A DNA stretch of 63,821 nt, filler included, from Choristocarpus tenellus KU-1152 (GCA_964200185.2; 16 parts of 16 records of this genome joined end to end with filler, not necessarily neighbours in it); one strand, 5' to 3'. Numbered from the whole stretch's first letter, positions 24,107 through 37,506 are shown. Program-made: numbers and translations. Notes: generated from the letters alone by a model not told the origin.

Positions 24107-24786
24107 TTTACGCGCCTACCCGGGTTAGATGTTGGGGGGTCAACCATGCACAGGTTTGTGTTTGACATAGTGCAGACAGTAATGAAGAAATTTGATGTGT
24201 CGTGTTGGACGGTAAAGGCGATCAATTTCCAAAGCATGGCAAGACGGTTGGGGGCGGCATGTACCGATTTGGAACAAGAACCCTAAGCAGAAAAACATAC
24301 TGTGGAACCGCGAAAGTGAAAGGTAAAGATCAAAAGGTTTTACGCGCCACCCCGGGTTAGATGTCGGGGGGCAACCATGTACAAGTTTGTGTTTGACATA
24401 GGGCAGACAGTAATGAAGAAATTTGATGTGTCGTGTCGGACGGTAAAGGCGATCAATTTCCAAAGCATGGCAAGACGGTTGGGGGTGGTATGTACCGATT
24501 TGGAACAAGAACCCTAAGCAGGAAGACATACTGTGGAACCGCGAACGTGAAAGGTGAAGATCAAAAGGTTTTACGCGCCGCCCCGGGTTAGATGTCGGGG
24601 GGCAACCATGCACAGGTTTGTGTTTGACATAGTGCAGACAGTAATGATGAAATTTGATGATGTTGTGTTGGACGGCAAAGGCGATCAACTTCTAAAGCAC
24701 AGCAAGACGGTTGGGGGTGGTGTATACCGATTTGGAACAAGAACCCTAAGCAGGAAAACATACTGTGGAAACGCGAAAAGTGAAAG
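24107..24786. repeat. Tandem repeat, ~232-bp unit x3
   Basis: Units begin tttacgcgcc...cccgggttagatgt at ~24107, ~24339 and ~24570, with high identity. Confidence 0.95.
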
Positions 24787-25431
24787 CATGAATGCACCAG
24801 TTTGAAACGAATATGGTAATTTTGGAACGTACTTCGAAGTAGAAATTTGGTATGTTCTGTTGGTTGGCAGAAGCCATCAAATTCTAAAGTGAGGTTACCG
24901 CGGTTTTTTGGACCAAGCTACGCGAGCGTATTGATACCACCACGCGAGTTAAATCGAGATCGTGTTGCGATGCGATACGAACCTTAAAAGTTCCAATCAT
25001 ATCGGAGCCCTAACACGTGCGTATCGATGGTGTCACCACATAGCATTCAACAGACAGATGTTGTGGTGCGTGGAATTGGATCGTCAATCTTAGATCTATT
25101 CCGGATCATCAGTTGTCAGATTACTCTCAACATATGTCACTGCAGCCCATGTTCCAATTTCGGAAAAAGGTTTGGTTGAATTTGCTGGAGTAAATTCTGA
25201 TGATAGTCGCTGCATTGCAACTATGTCGACATGTTAGATGTAAGGTGAAATCTGTCTCTTCGCGGATTGAGTTGAGTGTTCGAGACGTAGGTAATTAATG
25301 TTGGCTAGAGTTAGGGCTAGGGTTTAGGATCATGGGTGTTGCCTTCAAGGTTTACATTATCAGCGACTGGGGTGGCCTAAGACAGTTTATGAACGGTTTC
25401 GATCAAACAAATTATTGATGCCTGACTAGTG

Positions 25432-25691
25432 ATGTTGGTGATACCACTAGCGACAGCTGGTGTGTACACGGTTCTAATGGTGATAAATACAGGGCATAAA
25501 ACTTCAATATGTTGGTAATACCACTAGAGACAGTTGGTGTGTACACGATTCTAATCGTGATAAATACGGGGGCATCTCCTTTGAAAATGTTGGTGATACC
25601 ACTATTGACAGCTCGTGTGTGCACGGTTCTAATGGTAAGAAATACAGAGGGATCGAATTTGAAAATGTTGGTGATACCACTATTGACAGCT
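25432..25691 (+). repeat. Tandem repeat, 77-78-bp unit x3.4
   Basis: atgttggtgataccacta at 25432, 25509, 25587 and 25665. One frame gives a 26-aa unit, NVGDTTIDSSCVHGSNGKKYRGIEFE. Confidence 0.9.
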
Positions 25692-27197
25692 GCTTGGTAC
25701 AAGCTCCGAATGCAAGAGATATGTGGTTGTGTTCACGATGGAGAAAATCGCAATGAGGGGTGGATACGTTGGAAACTCTTCAACACTGCACATGTCGCCA
25801 ATCTCGGCCTAACGAGAGCATTTGCTCCCTGGATTTCAAACCACCATGACATGGAGGCCTCTTAGTGTACACCAAACAAATTGTCTCCAGTGTCGACAGA
25901 TCCGTGCTATATACGGCGGGATAGACAGACCGGCGTGCATAGGCTTTACTTTTAATTTTGACGCGAAATTGCTTTCACTCGGAATTGTATCTGGAACATC
26001 CGAAAGATATTTACACAGGTGGTAACACAGAGCAGTGGTGGTCGAAATTGGTATGGTCATAGACCTGAAAACCTTTCTACGTAACGCAATGGGGTCTCAA
26101 TTGCTACCACTTTTCACAGTATTGTGCAGGAGGGAGCTGCACGAAGGGTGCACGTTTCTGGTAGGGGGACTCACCTTCTTGTTCCCTTTGGAGGCATGGC
26201 GGCGTTCGGTGGTTGGACTAAGCCTCTCCTTTGATCGCGTGATGTCTGCATCTGAGGGGCACGTTGCAAATGGGACAGGGGAAACTAACAAAAGTAGAGA
26301 GGGAAAATGTTTTGCACGTTGAGTCAGGTACAGAGAGGATGGCATGTCGCGGTCGGGTTACATCATCCTTGAGCCGTCCGCACCTGACCACCTTGCACGA
26401 AGAGGAAGTCCTGTTGTCTTTTTCCCTTCCGATACGCGCGGTGTTTGGCATTACATACAGCACACAGGGGTAGCGACAGACGAGGCCGATCCTCGTGGAA
26501 GGAATACGAACCTAGTCTCTCTTGATCAAGGAATTATGGTCTTTTTGTGAAAAAGATGGAAACGAGCCGACAGGTTCTTCGTGATGAAGGAGAGCGGGAA
26601 GACCCAGAGGAGGCAAGATCAAAGAGAGACAAATCAAAAAGGGAGAGCAATCCCTCAGAAAATCCTATAGGAAAAGAGTGTTCAGGTGGTAACTGAAAGA
26701 GGGGGGTGTTAGTAAGGTCACTCCAAACCACCCAATCTTACTTCAAGCAGATGTTACCACCTTCAACATGCAAGAACAAATGTCATATGAATATCATAAT
26801 GTTCAAGATAGTTCATCTTCAGGGTATACCTTCTGTGGGAGATGGCTCTCACATTTTCAACCTATTTTTTCTTGTCGGTTGCATGACAATCTAATCATCG
26901 AACGAACAACCGACTTTACCGAATGTTGTACCCCTACAAGATAGTAGTATATATATGTTGGGGTTCTAAACAGGTTAGTTCGAGTGTTCCTTTTCCTCGA
27001 GAATCAAATAGGGGATTTAAAAAGGGGAATTTTGCTCTCGTCTCATATATATTGAAGTTTCTATGTATGCATACGACGGCGTTGAACTAGAACAATTAGA
27101 GGCTTACAAATGTATATATATATATTTATATACAACTCTCCGTCTTCTATTACTTCATTAGTGCGACAGGATCAAAATTGAATATCTATGAATTAAT

Positions 27198-27658
27198 CTG
27201 AGTTTTGTGGGCGGAAGAACTCTGGTTGGCGGGGGGCACAGGACAAGGGAAGGTAGTGGGAAAAAAAAGAAGGAAGCGGGAAGAGAACGAATAGGTGAGG
27301 AATGACTGGCTAAGGGGGGAAAAGGTTAAAAGAAATTAGTGGTGGGAAGGGGGAAGGGGAAGGAGTGTTCAGTAATTTTAATAAGAGGGCTGAGAACCAG
27401 GGGTACAGGACGAGGAGGGTGAAACCAAGACAAACCTCGAAGCAAGCTCTCCCGCCCACCCACCCTGTCGCTTGCTCACGACTGACAGGAACACTGGGTA
27501 GGGGGGGGGGAGGTCAAGTTCCGGCGGGGTAGATGTCTTCTAGCTCAAAGGCACGGTTTGAAGTGGATCATGAAGAGGTGTTCTTGGATGATTGTGGAGT
27601 GGTGTTGAGTGGTGTGGAAACTGCTGTGGGGTTGAGGGGAGGGGTAACTTGTGTGGGG
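27198..27658 (-). repeat. Dispersed repeat, inverted copy of 33800-34260
   Basis: gtagatgtcttctagctcaaaggcacg and cccgcccacccaccctgtcgcttgctca are reverse complements of sequence at ~33895-34000. Confidence 0.85.
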
Positions 27659-28302
27659 NNNNNNNNNNNNNNNNNNNNNNNNNNNNNNNNNNNNNNNNNN
27701 NNTTAATTAATTAANNNNNNNNNNNNNNNNNNNNNNNNNNNNNNNNNNNNNNNNNNNNCCCCCGCACACCCCTCCTTCCCCCCCCCCCCCCCCCCCCCCT
27801 TTATGGGGGCACAATGTGGGTGTCCCCCCCCCCCCCCCCCCCCCGCACTCGACACACATAGTGTTGATGCTTTCCTCTTTTGGGATGTTCTTGAGTGCCT
27901 CTCAGTACCTGCATAGCCAGTACCTGCATATTCCCTTTCTTTTCTCGCAAAGAAGATTCCTCACTGTGATTTGGTGGCAAGTGCAAACTATGAATGATTG
28001 TGGGAGGGGATATCGATGACGGTGGGAAGATTTGGGCCAACGCCTGTGTCCAAATGAATCTTACACTGCTGTCCCTCTGTTCCATTCCACCAACCAGTTG
28101 AGGAGGTTTTATGACATCACTTGCTGTACATGGTTTTTTCACTGTTTTCTGTTGGCCCCTCCAGATGCCCTCTCTATTTTTTATAATTTTGATATCCCGA
28201 ACTTCGCGGTTACCTCTCTATTCCCCCTCTCCCCCCCCTTGCTCTTTCCCTCCTATTTATTTTTTTTGTGTGTCCAACAACGGCTTGTGGTCTGTTCTGC
28301 AG

Positions 28303-28389
28303 GTAATTAAAAACGATGTGAAGAAGGAGGAGGCAGATGAGCTAGTGAAAAAGCTTGAGGCTGCAGGTGCCACCGTGGAGATAGTGTAG
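28303..28389 (+). CDS. rpl12: Last exon of organellar (probably mitochondrial) ribosomal protein L7/L12
   Basis: ttctgcag acceptor followed by VIKNDVKKEEADELVKKLEAAGATVEIV*, the characteristic bL12 C-terminus. Confidence 0.9.
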   Translation, partial: VIKNDVKKEEADELVKKLEAAGATVEIV

Positions 28390-29409
28390 GTAGAGCTAGG
28401 ACACACACACCTGAAGAAGTGTTAACTGAAGGGGGGCAGAGCTTAGCAACCTTGTCGAATGGGCGTGGTGGTGAGGGTAGTATGCTGCTGGGGGAGGCTG
28501 GATTGGGGAAAAACAAAAACAAAAAACAAACTCCGAGGAGGAGTGACGTTGTTTTTTCCTTTCTGATGCTGCTGTGGAAGAGGCAGATGAAAAGTGGACG
28601 GGGGGGAGAGGTGATGGATTGCTGTGGGTTACGTACTCCCTTGCCATGCTGGTGTGTGCTTGCTTGCCATCGATTGCGTGGGGTGAGTTGATGGAAGTAG
28701 AGGTGCCATTTCTTGGTGAATGATCGATGTGCTACGCTCATTGCAGTAGATTTGTATCCCAGGAGAGCAAGTTCTCGGATTTATTCTCGGATTGTTCTTG
28801 GATTATTCCTGTAGACACGGTGTTGTTGAGTGAGAAAAACACTGGTCACCATGCTGTCACTGGTGTGTGTGCGTGTGAAGCCTTTTGCTTTTGGGTAAAA
28901 AGTTGTGCATTGATTATTGTAGAACCTGATTCCTTGAAAACGGCGCTCTGCATGGGTGGCAACAGCCCCTGCCCCACAGTGGTTCTGGACAGAAGTACGG
29001 TGGTTGTTTTTTGTGTGTGCCTTGTGTCCTCTTTGAATGCCTTGCATGTGATATGCCGACCTGTGCCAGCAAAGTTAGATTAACTACTCATACCATATTT
29101 AGTAGGTTTATGTGAATGACTCAGCAGTGTGCGCACTAACAGTTCCTCTACATGATATAGAAGGCGTCTTTTGTAACTGTGATCTCAGGGATGAATCGAT
29201 ATGGCGGTTTCGTTATAATAGGGAAGACCGAGAGAGCAATGGCAGTGGCCTGGTTCCTCTCTTTGTGGCCCATTTGTGGAGATTGTTCACACTCACCTTT
29301 GTTGGTCAGGGTTTGTATGCTTGTTGAGAATTGAGGTCCTTGCATGTGGAGCTACATGTTTTTGCCTCTTGAGGGCAGAGAGACAAAAGGGGAGACCATA
29401 GGAGGGATA

Positions 29410-29601
29410 ATGATGCTGAGTGACAACATTGGACTTGAAACAAATTTGAACCAGTACTTCAATAGGTTTGGTACAACGCCATACCATTGGACTCGCCTTG
29501 GAAGAGTGAACAATATACTTGAAAGGTTTGAGGTTCCACCTCTCAGAGGTTCCATATTAAGGAACAACCTTCTGTTGGAAGAGAAGGAGTATTTAATTCC
29601 G
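29410..29601 (+). CDS. Candidate exon, possibly an upstream part of the TPM-domain gene; 5' boundary uncertain
   Basis: Open frame ...FEVPPLRGSILRNNLLLEEKEYLIP ending at a GTGAGA donor. Confidence 0.3.
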
Positions 29602-31252
29602 GTGAGAACAGATCAATACCTGCTGAGTTGTCGCTTCCTCTGATTTTTAGTTTTCTATATTCGGCAGTGTGGTTTTGGTGGTTGGTGGACCAGTGGTCCC
29701 TCTACCTAATCCTTACCGCATTATCATAAGTGAGCATGGGACAAGTTGTGAATAGGGACAACAAGGTGTGGCTGGTGTCAGGAGGGGACTGCGTATATGA
29801 TGATGTCTGGTGCAAAACTGTCTGGGGGGTGTCATGGAAACACAAATGAACTAGTGGTGTATTGACTATGATTAGGGTACCTCACTTCGAAATATTCCCT
29901 CTTAATCAGTGTGGTTGAACTTTGTCAGGTTCCCTAGCTAATAAGCATACAAGGGTTTTATAGTACTACATGGTGTAGGTGGATACTTCAAATGCTACAT
30001 TCATCGTATTTCTACAGTACTTAAGCATGTGCTTTTTTTGTAAGGGAAATTGACCTGACGTAGTGCCTATTATGATCAGATACCCCCCCTGGTTATAGAT
30101 GTTAGGTTAGGGAACAAAAGGATTGTTTCGAGAATGATGGTATGATGTAAAACCTATTGGGTATGATGTGTACACTTTCTTTCTGGTTATTTTTTTTCGA
30201 AGTACATTTTTATGAATCAAACTATCCTAGATGGGGGGTGTGGTTGAATCATAGGGGCCTTCATCATTCTGTCTACCAATGGCAAGATAAGATACACNNN
30301 NNNNNNNNNNNNNNNNNNNNNNNNNNNNNNNNNNNNNNNNNTTAATTAATTAANNNNNNNNNNNNNNNNNNNNNNNNNNNNNNNNNNNNNNNNNNNNCAT
30401 GGGCAAGGACAAAGACTACTACATCTTCCTTTCCCCCCCCCCCCCATATTTCGCCTGTAGCAATATCCGATATTTTGTGAAAATCGGTGGGTGCCTGCCA
30501 CATCTTGGAGCGCTACTTTTGCACCCTTTATCTTTGCCTATTCCCACCTCTGTTATTGTGTCTGTGGTCTCCTTCTCCTCCTCCTTCTCCTCCTCCTCCT
30601 CCTCCTCCTCCCCCTTGTCTTGTTTTATTGGTTAGAATGTCCCAAGCTTACCAGACAGCACCTGTGCAAATGATATTAATTTTAGTAGTTAGAATAATTT
30701 CAACAAGGGGAGATTTAGACTGTGTCAGATGCTTCCTGTGCCCCCCTCCATAGGTATTGCAATTTTGGGGGCTCCTGCTGAGAATAGAATTTTATAGTGT
30801 ATAATCTTGTCCGGTTTTTGTATTTTATTTTTAATTTTGACATATATATTTTTTATATACTACAACTAGCTCATGACATGAACGACAAGAGGACATGTCA
30901 TCAAAATATATATTTTTTCATATTCTGATTGATGTAAGGAGGACAGAATGTTCTCTGTTTTATAGTTGATGTTGATGCACTTACAGTTCTACTATCATCA
31001 ACTCTACTGAGCATGCTTTTGTGAGAGTGTGTGTATGTTTGTGTTGCCGCACCACAATTGCACGTTCTGCCTGCTTGCCTTTTTTTTCATTTAATTTTTG
31101 TTATGCGTGGGATTCATTAATCTTTTTTTTTTACTGTGTCTGATTTGTACATTTCTATTGTGTGTGTTACATATGTACTGATCTACTTACATACTTAAAT
31201 ACTTATGTGCTGACTACTGGGCGTGATGTCTGATGGGTGAGGATGTGAACAG

Positions 31253-32225
31253 TCAACCTCCTCAATTTTAATGTGGGAGATGGACTTCGCCTCAATCTAC
31301 CTTCCCAGTGAGTACCAGCAAGAGGCATGACTTTGTCCCATCCATCCATCCATCCACCCCCTTCCTGGTTGTCACTTTATTTACAGCTCTACATTGGTTC
31401 CAAGTTCCAAGCATGTTGGTTTTGGTGTAGCAAGTGATAGTCATAGTCATGTGGTAGTAGGGTAGTGGTTAGTGGGATCGTACACATGTGACATGTACAT
31501 ATGTTTTTGCTAAGAGAAAGGTTTCCATCAACAATGGGTGGCGTTGGCATTCTCAACAGAATAGCTCCCTACTCTCTCTCTTTGTCTCTCCTTTGCATAT
31601 GCCATTTATTGCCTGCCTACAACTACGTTTTGTCCATTTTAGGTGTTGGAGTAAGGTCTATTTTAGTAAGGTTGGTGTGTAATACAAAAGGAGTTATTCA
31701 GTCACAAGCTACAAATCTGGTGGACTTTTTACCCTTCCCAGGCCCTTGCCCTCCTGCCCAATCTAAGTATCTCTCGATGCCTCACTCCACCGCTGCCTGT
31801 ACCATGCCAAAAAACCCGGATGTACCATTGTCAACTCAAGGTTCTGGCAACGCCTGCAGAATAGATATGGCAACCGGTTCTATGTGAAGGAGAATGGGGA
31901 GACGACTGCTGTCATGAATGCATTTGAAAGCATCGTCTACTGCCTAAGGTCAGAGAAGAGGACTACGCAAGTGTGTGTATGGTTTGTGCACTATTAGGTA
32001 TATCATTATGCACACTACTCACTAGTTGCTTTCTTGAGTGTGTTCCTGCTTGCCTTACCTTGTTGGGACCTTTCCCCCAATTTCCACACCTATTTGACAA
32101 TTCTTCTTGTCGCTTGGTTCAATCTGGTTGGGCCTGGGTTGTGTGTGTATGGGAACAGGTCTCCTTCGGGGTTCTGTGTGGACCCCCCGGACCTTAAGAA
32201 GGCTGCAAGGGAAGCATCAAACTAG
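31253..32225 (+). CDS. TPM-domain thylakoid lumenal 15-kDa protein 2-like, last three exons
   Basis: Exons 31253-31307, 31841-31948 and 32159-32225 splice in phase to [64 protein letters not shown]...*, matching the cyanobacterial/plant NLLNFNVG...FW..LQ.R.GN..YV.ENGED pattern. Confidence 0.88.
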
Positions 32226-33560
32226 GTCTTCAACGTCTCTCGATTCAACCTCATACCCCTACTCTTTCTGGGATGAGTATGTGTATGAGTTAGGGCTATA
32301 CCGTCACTGGTGTTTCCGTCCTACCTGTTATGGAAAATATGTTGAACCTTGTTGTTACGCAAAGGTTTCTACATATTCTCCTGTACCTATGAAAATATTT
32401 TCATCCTATGGTAGGAGGGCGTGAGAGTCTGCTGTTGCAAACAGCATCACTTTGATGCTACTATCAGTGGGAGCGGTTGTTTGAGGGGTTTAGTAGCAAG
32501 TCTCTCAAAGAGTGAAATGCATAGTTGGACGGGAAGAGTAAGAATGTGGAGTTAGTCTTGGTTTTATTTTGACCTTTGTGCGATTCTCTCACATCGGGAG
32601 GAGAAACTGTCAAGAGTCATAGTGTACTCCTGATATGAAAAAGTTACTTTTGATGAAGCAAAGGTCAATAAATGTCTATTTGTGTTCTGGAAAAGGCTGT
32701 TGGTTGTGTAACAGCAGCTAGAGTCTGCTATGTACTGTATTATGACGATATGAGTTGCTTCATATAGAAGGGATCACAGTGCACACTTAGTGGGACAGAC
32801 ATCGCTACATACATACATATGTGTGTGCCTCTCTGACTGTTTTCATAACATTTAATGATGTTATTGACCTGGTAGCATTGTTTGAGGACTCCGGGTTGGG
32901 GAGTCTTGTCAGGTAAAAGAACTTGTAGAGTACTGCTCAATCCAAATGTTAGGCATCTAGCACTCCTGCTGAACAAGTGCTGTGCATTTCACGTAACTGT
33001 TTGCCCTGAGCTCTAGCCAGGCAGATAGATGTTGTGATTGCCCAAGTGGTGATTGACACACCTGACGCACTCACTGAAGGTGTGTTAGAAGCAGAGAAAC
33101 ATTGCAGAAATATCTGATAACGTAAAATCCAAAGGTCGTTTGGTTTCTCTTTTTCAAGTTTTGCCGTCCAAGCTTCGATAGCCCTGGAGCACATGAAATG
33201 ACCATGAGAATATAGCATGTTTCATGTACGGCTTCTTCCCTCTGGCTAGGGTACAGAATTGAACATTTCAATTGAGTCTAGATGCGGTCTTGGTATCAAT
33301 TTCCTACAGGGGGATTGAGTGGCACTCCTGTTTATCACTACCCACTTCATTGATTCCGTCCAGGCTATGGGTACGTGAAAAGAGTGCCATAACGTAGAGG
33401 GTATGGAGTACTTGGGGGCAAAGCACCCTATATAAGCAGACTACGAAATATTGATAATTCNNNNNNNNNNNNNNNNNNNNNNNNNNNNNNNNNNNNNNNN
33501 NNNNTTAATTAATTAANNNNNNNNNNNNNNNNNNNNNNNNNNNNNNNNNNNNNNNNNNNN

Positions 33561-34260
33561 ACCTTCTTCCGATCCAAGGCGAAGCCCCCTCCCCACTGAT
33601 CTCCAGTCCCCCCCCACATCTGATGACTAACCAGGGCGAACCCCCTTCGCCACTGATTTCCAGTCACCCCCCACATCTGATGACCAACCAGTGCGACCCC
33701 TTCGCCACTGATTTCCAGTAACACCCTCCACCCTTCAACCTCACACAAGTTACGACTCCCCTCCAACCTACACCAGTTACCACTCCACTCCCCCCACACC
33801 AGTTACCCCTCCACTCAACCCCCCACAAGTTACCACTCCACTCAACACCACTCCACAATTATCCAAAAACACCCTTTCATCATCCGCTTCATATCGTGCC
33901 TTTGAGCTAGAAGACATCTACCCCACCCGAACTTGACCTCCCCTCCCTTTTCCCAGCATGCCCATCGGTCATGAGCAAGCGACAGGGTGGGTGGGCGGGA
34001 AAGCTTGCTCAGAGGTTGTCTTATTCTAGCCCTCCTCGCCCGGTAACACCAATGCTAGGTATTCTTTTCATTACTGGCCATTCCTTCTTCCCTTGTGCCT
34101 CCATCTACCACTCATTTCTTTAACTTCTCTCCTCCCTCTCATAACCACTCAATACTTAACTCTTCGTTTATCCTCTTGTTAATTCTTATTCTTCTCTCTG
34201 CCCCTTTCCTTGTCCTGTGCCCCCCTCCAACCAGAATTCTCCTGCCCATAAAACTCAAAT
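33561..34260 (+). repeat. Dispersed repeat with ~55-bp tandem units at its left end
   Basis: ccacatctgatgac...ccccttcgccactgatttccagt repeated at 33580-33720; the remainder is homologous to 27198-27658. Confidence 0.85.
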
Positions 34261-34354
34261 CGCTTCATAACCTTTCCCATTTGCTATTTTACTACCATCT
34301 ATGCTGTACCACTGCCTTCCTGTGTCTCCAACCTACCTATTCCTGCACCCCAGG

Positions 34355-34830
34355 GTGAGGAGCTAGGGAAGCATCCCCAGAATCTAGCAAGCCCCTCCTT
34401 GCCCATCTCCTTGGTGACTCCAGCTTAAAATGCATGGCACGTCTAGACAGGGCTACCTGCGTTATTACTGAGACTATTTGTCGTAGGCGAGATTTGACCG
34501 CCCCCTTTCCTGCCATAGTCTCCAGTTCCTCTGCACCCTACCGCGCGTGTAGCTAGCTCATCCAGGAAATGTTCCGCTTGCTTGTCGGGGCACCCAAAAC
34601 TTTCCACCACAAAGGCGTTGAGGTTATAACTACGAGGGTCAAAAGGGTCTTTGTAGTGGGTGTGCTTTCGCTCCTCAGCTGCAGCAGCAGCGACACCATT
34701 GCTGGTGGATGAGTGTGGAAGGTGGGAGGTTGCCTGCACTTCTGCAAACGTAACATCTAGCAGGAGGCATTTGTCCTGGTAGGGGACTGATCCTGCATCC
34801 GCGAGTGCCCCTGCATGGAAGACTAGATCC
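34355..34830 (-). mobile_element. 3' end of a CRE-like non-LTR retrotransposon (RLE domain plus 3' UTR)
   Basis: LLLDVTFAE...GVAAAAAEERKHTHY...YNLNAFVVESFG...AEHFLDELA is the restriction-like endonuclease signature. A related copy lies at 61912. Confidence 0.8.
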
Positions 34831-35540
34831 ATGCTGAAAATTCTATATGCATAATATTCCTTGATCACCATAAAACTTTCATCCAGAGCGAGGATGCATA
34901 ATATATACAATAATAAAGAGACGTGAGTAAATGCTGTCAATTCATTGGTTGGTTGTCGTAGACTGAAGCATACGCAGCACTCTTCAGTCAATCAAATCAC
35001 GGCATGTAGGAGTTGAAGCCACCTCCCCCTAGACTCACCTAGCCCATAAAAAAGAGAGACTGACGAAAATATCCAGACTGCAGGCAACATAATAATCATT
35101 CTTGGAGTAACTACGAGACCCTGCTGGTCATAACATGATGGACATGCTGTCCTACACCTGCAACGTTTTAGAATATGGAGTACATGGCCGTATACATTTA
35201 ATTCTGAAGAGATGGCCTCCCCCAACACAGGCTCAGGACACTCCTTGCCATGTAGGTGTGATTGCTTGCTATTGGTTTAGAGCTTTCTATGATGTCTGGT
35301 TAGCAGTTTGGTACGACAGTGTAAGATATACCGCTGATGATACAAGCTGAATCCATTATACCACCATCGGTTTCTTTGGTAGCCTTCCGTTAACGTTGGG
35401 ATGATCGTTTCTGCAACTATTTTCCTACTCAAGATAATGCCATACACTCAACTACATGTCTAGTTTGACTTTTTTTGCTCACTACAACAGATGTCACTGT
35501 TGCGCATTGTAATGACGCTGTCTCTAGTTCTTAGTTTAGA

Positions 35541-35802
35541 GAGACAAAGTAGTTGAGAGGTAGGCAAGATTGCATATTAAGGATTCCGAGAAATAGCAAA
35601 AAGACGCCATCTTGTACAATTCCCGAAAGAGTCTTTACTGAATTGCTCTATGTCACTTTGTGTGAGGAATGATGGGGGAATAATAATTTGCGTACACTCT
35701 TGTGCACATAGTGCAAGGAAATACGTTGTATTGTACAAGGTGAGAAAGATTATTTGAATGCAATATGACCCAAATCTGACTACCTCTCAATTACTTTGCC
35801 TC
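35541..35802. mobile_element. MITE family C (262 bp), TSD AGA
   Basis: aga|GAGACAAAGTAGTTGAGAGGTAG ... CTACCTCTCAATTACTTTGCCTC|aga, plus inverted subterminal cttgtacaat/attgtacaag. Confidence 0.85.
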
Positions 35803-36504
35803 AGAGTTAATGTTTTTAAATGGATTTATTTGGAAAACAGAAAAAATGTGTTCTGCATAGAGTATATAATTCCTGCCTACTGAAATCTTTCACTCCTCAC
35901 TCCACACTATATCATGTCTTTAAAACTGAAGATGAAGAATTCTTCAACACTATGTATGTAGTGCCCATAATCGTTCAGTCCAAACATAGGTAACACTATG
36001 TAGTGCCTATACTTCAGAAAATGTAAAACATTATGTAATGCTCGAAAAACTAACACTCTGGTCCAAAATATGCAAAACAAGTTGAAACATAGTATCCTAA
36101 AAACGTGAGTTGATTAATACCCTACATAGTCTACAGTCCTCGACCAGGTAGTTTGCCTCACCAAGAGACGTATCATTAAAATCATTGCTGAGGTGTGGGG
36201 AATAGATCGGTTATATTGGACTTTTTGTAATGTTTAAAATTACTCGATGAGGCCTCGGCATTATTCCCTACTCTAACAAAGAGTTTTTCGTAGTGCACAT
36301 TGATTGATGTTGGCGAAAATACCACGGTAGCTTTCTGTGCCAGCCCCAGAGCGGATAAATCTATTGCGCTAGATATCATTCCTTTCTTGGGGAAGAAACT
36401 TAATGTAGCTCAATATCATTATTATTTAGCTAGATTGAGAGATTGCTATGCAATGGAAATTGCAATCACTCCCTGGCGCCCGTGTCTTGGGCATTCTTCA
36501 TAGA

Positions 36505-36689
36505 TGCTTAAAGTATCTGGGGGTGGGGGTGGCAGCTGTCCATTTGGGGTCCATTTATCCATGTTGCTGTTTTGGGGTGAATTGGTTGCATGCATCAGTT
36601 TGATAATGTAAGTGCATTTCTCCTGGTCAGGGTCCAAATGGACACCCTGGCGGTGTAGATCCCTCCCCCCCTGCCAGATACTTTGAGAC
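36505..36689. mobile_element. MITE family A, TSD AGA
   Basis: aga|tgcttaaagtatctggggg ... ccagatactttgagac|aga. Confidence 0.88.
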
Positions 36690-37506
36690 AGATTACAGTT
36701 TTACCCTGTGCATTGTGTTACTTGTTGCATAGGATGAGGATACACCAGACCACCCATGTAGGTAGAAATATATATAGTTACATTGGGTCGAATAACATAG
36801 TGTTACCCTTTTGTTGTATGTCGTGATACGAGCATATAAATGGATTAGGGTTCTTCACATTGTTTACGAGTTTGCTTTGCTCACGAATTCTGGATTATTA
36901 TTATTATTTGCACATTCCTATTTTCTTATTCCTCTATCCNNNNNNNNNNNNNNNNNNNNNNNNNNNNNNNNNNNNNNNNNNNNTTAATTAATTAANNNNN
37001 NNNNNNNNNNNNNNNNNNNNNNNNNNNNNNNNNNNNNNNGTATTTGTTTTGGACAGGGTGCTTGGACAAGGTGTTCCCCAATGTTAACGTCCCCAAAGGC
37101 ATGCTCACCACCCTCCGCAATGCACACATGAATGCTGAACTTCTTTGCTGCAAGATGTTCATAGTCGCATCAAAGGTATCTAACTATTTGATATCTTCGT
37201 GTAAGGGGACAGATGGCACGGAGTGCTTCAGTTGCGCACGCTAACGAAAGCTCGCTGTATTCTTGTGTAGGGTTGGTAGTATGGTCTGGTTAGTAAGTGA
37301 CGATTTCCATGCGCCTTCAATATCGCAACAAAACCCCTCCCTGGTTGTTCCCACGTAGTAGACTCATGTATCTCATGCTCTTTCGTGTGTATGTATGGAC
37401 TGCGCAAGACTTCAACATTGCAGTGACTTAATTGTACTCGTCCTATTTCGTTTCATAAAGACAGGGTGTAGTGGTAGATATAACCAACTGATGATGGTGT
37501 GTGTCT

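Noticed and set aside
24002-24805. Repetitive ORFs of 69-182 aa
   Set aside because: They are by-products of the 232-bp tandem repeat, whose unit does not preserve a reading frame.
25432-25691. CRISPR-like array (conserved ~27-bp block with ~50-bp intervals)
   Set aside because: The intervals are similar to each other, there are no cas genes, and the context is eukaryotic, so this is a tandem repeat.
32870-33185. Candidate minus-strand exons with AG/GT-like borders
   Set aside because: No recognisable protein and no consistent splicing model could be built.
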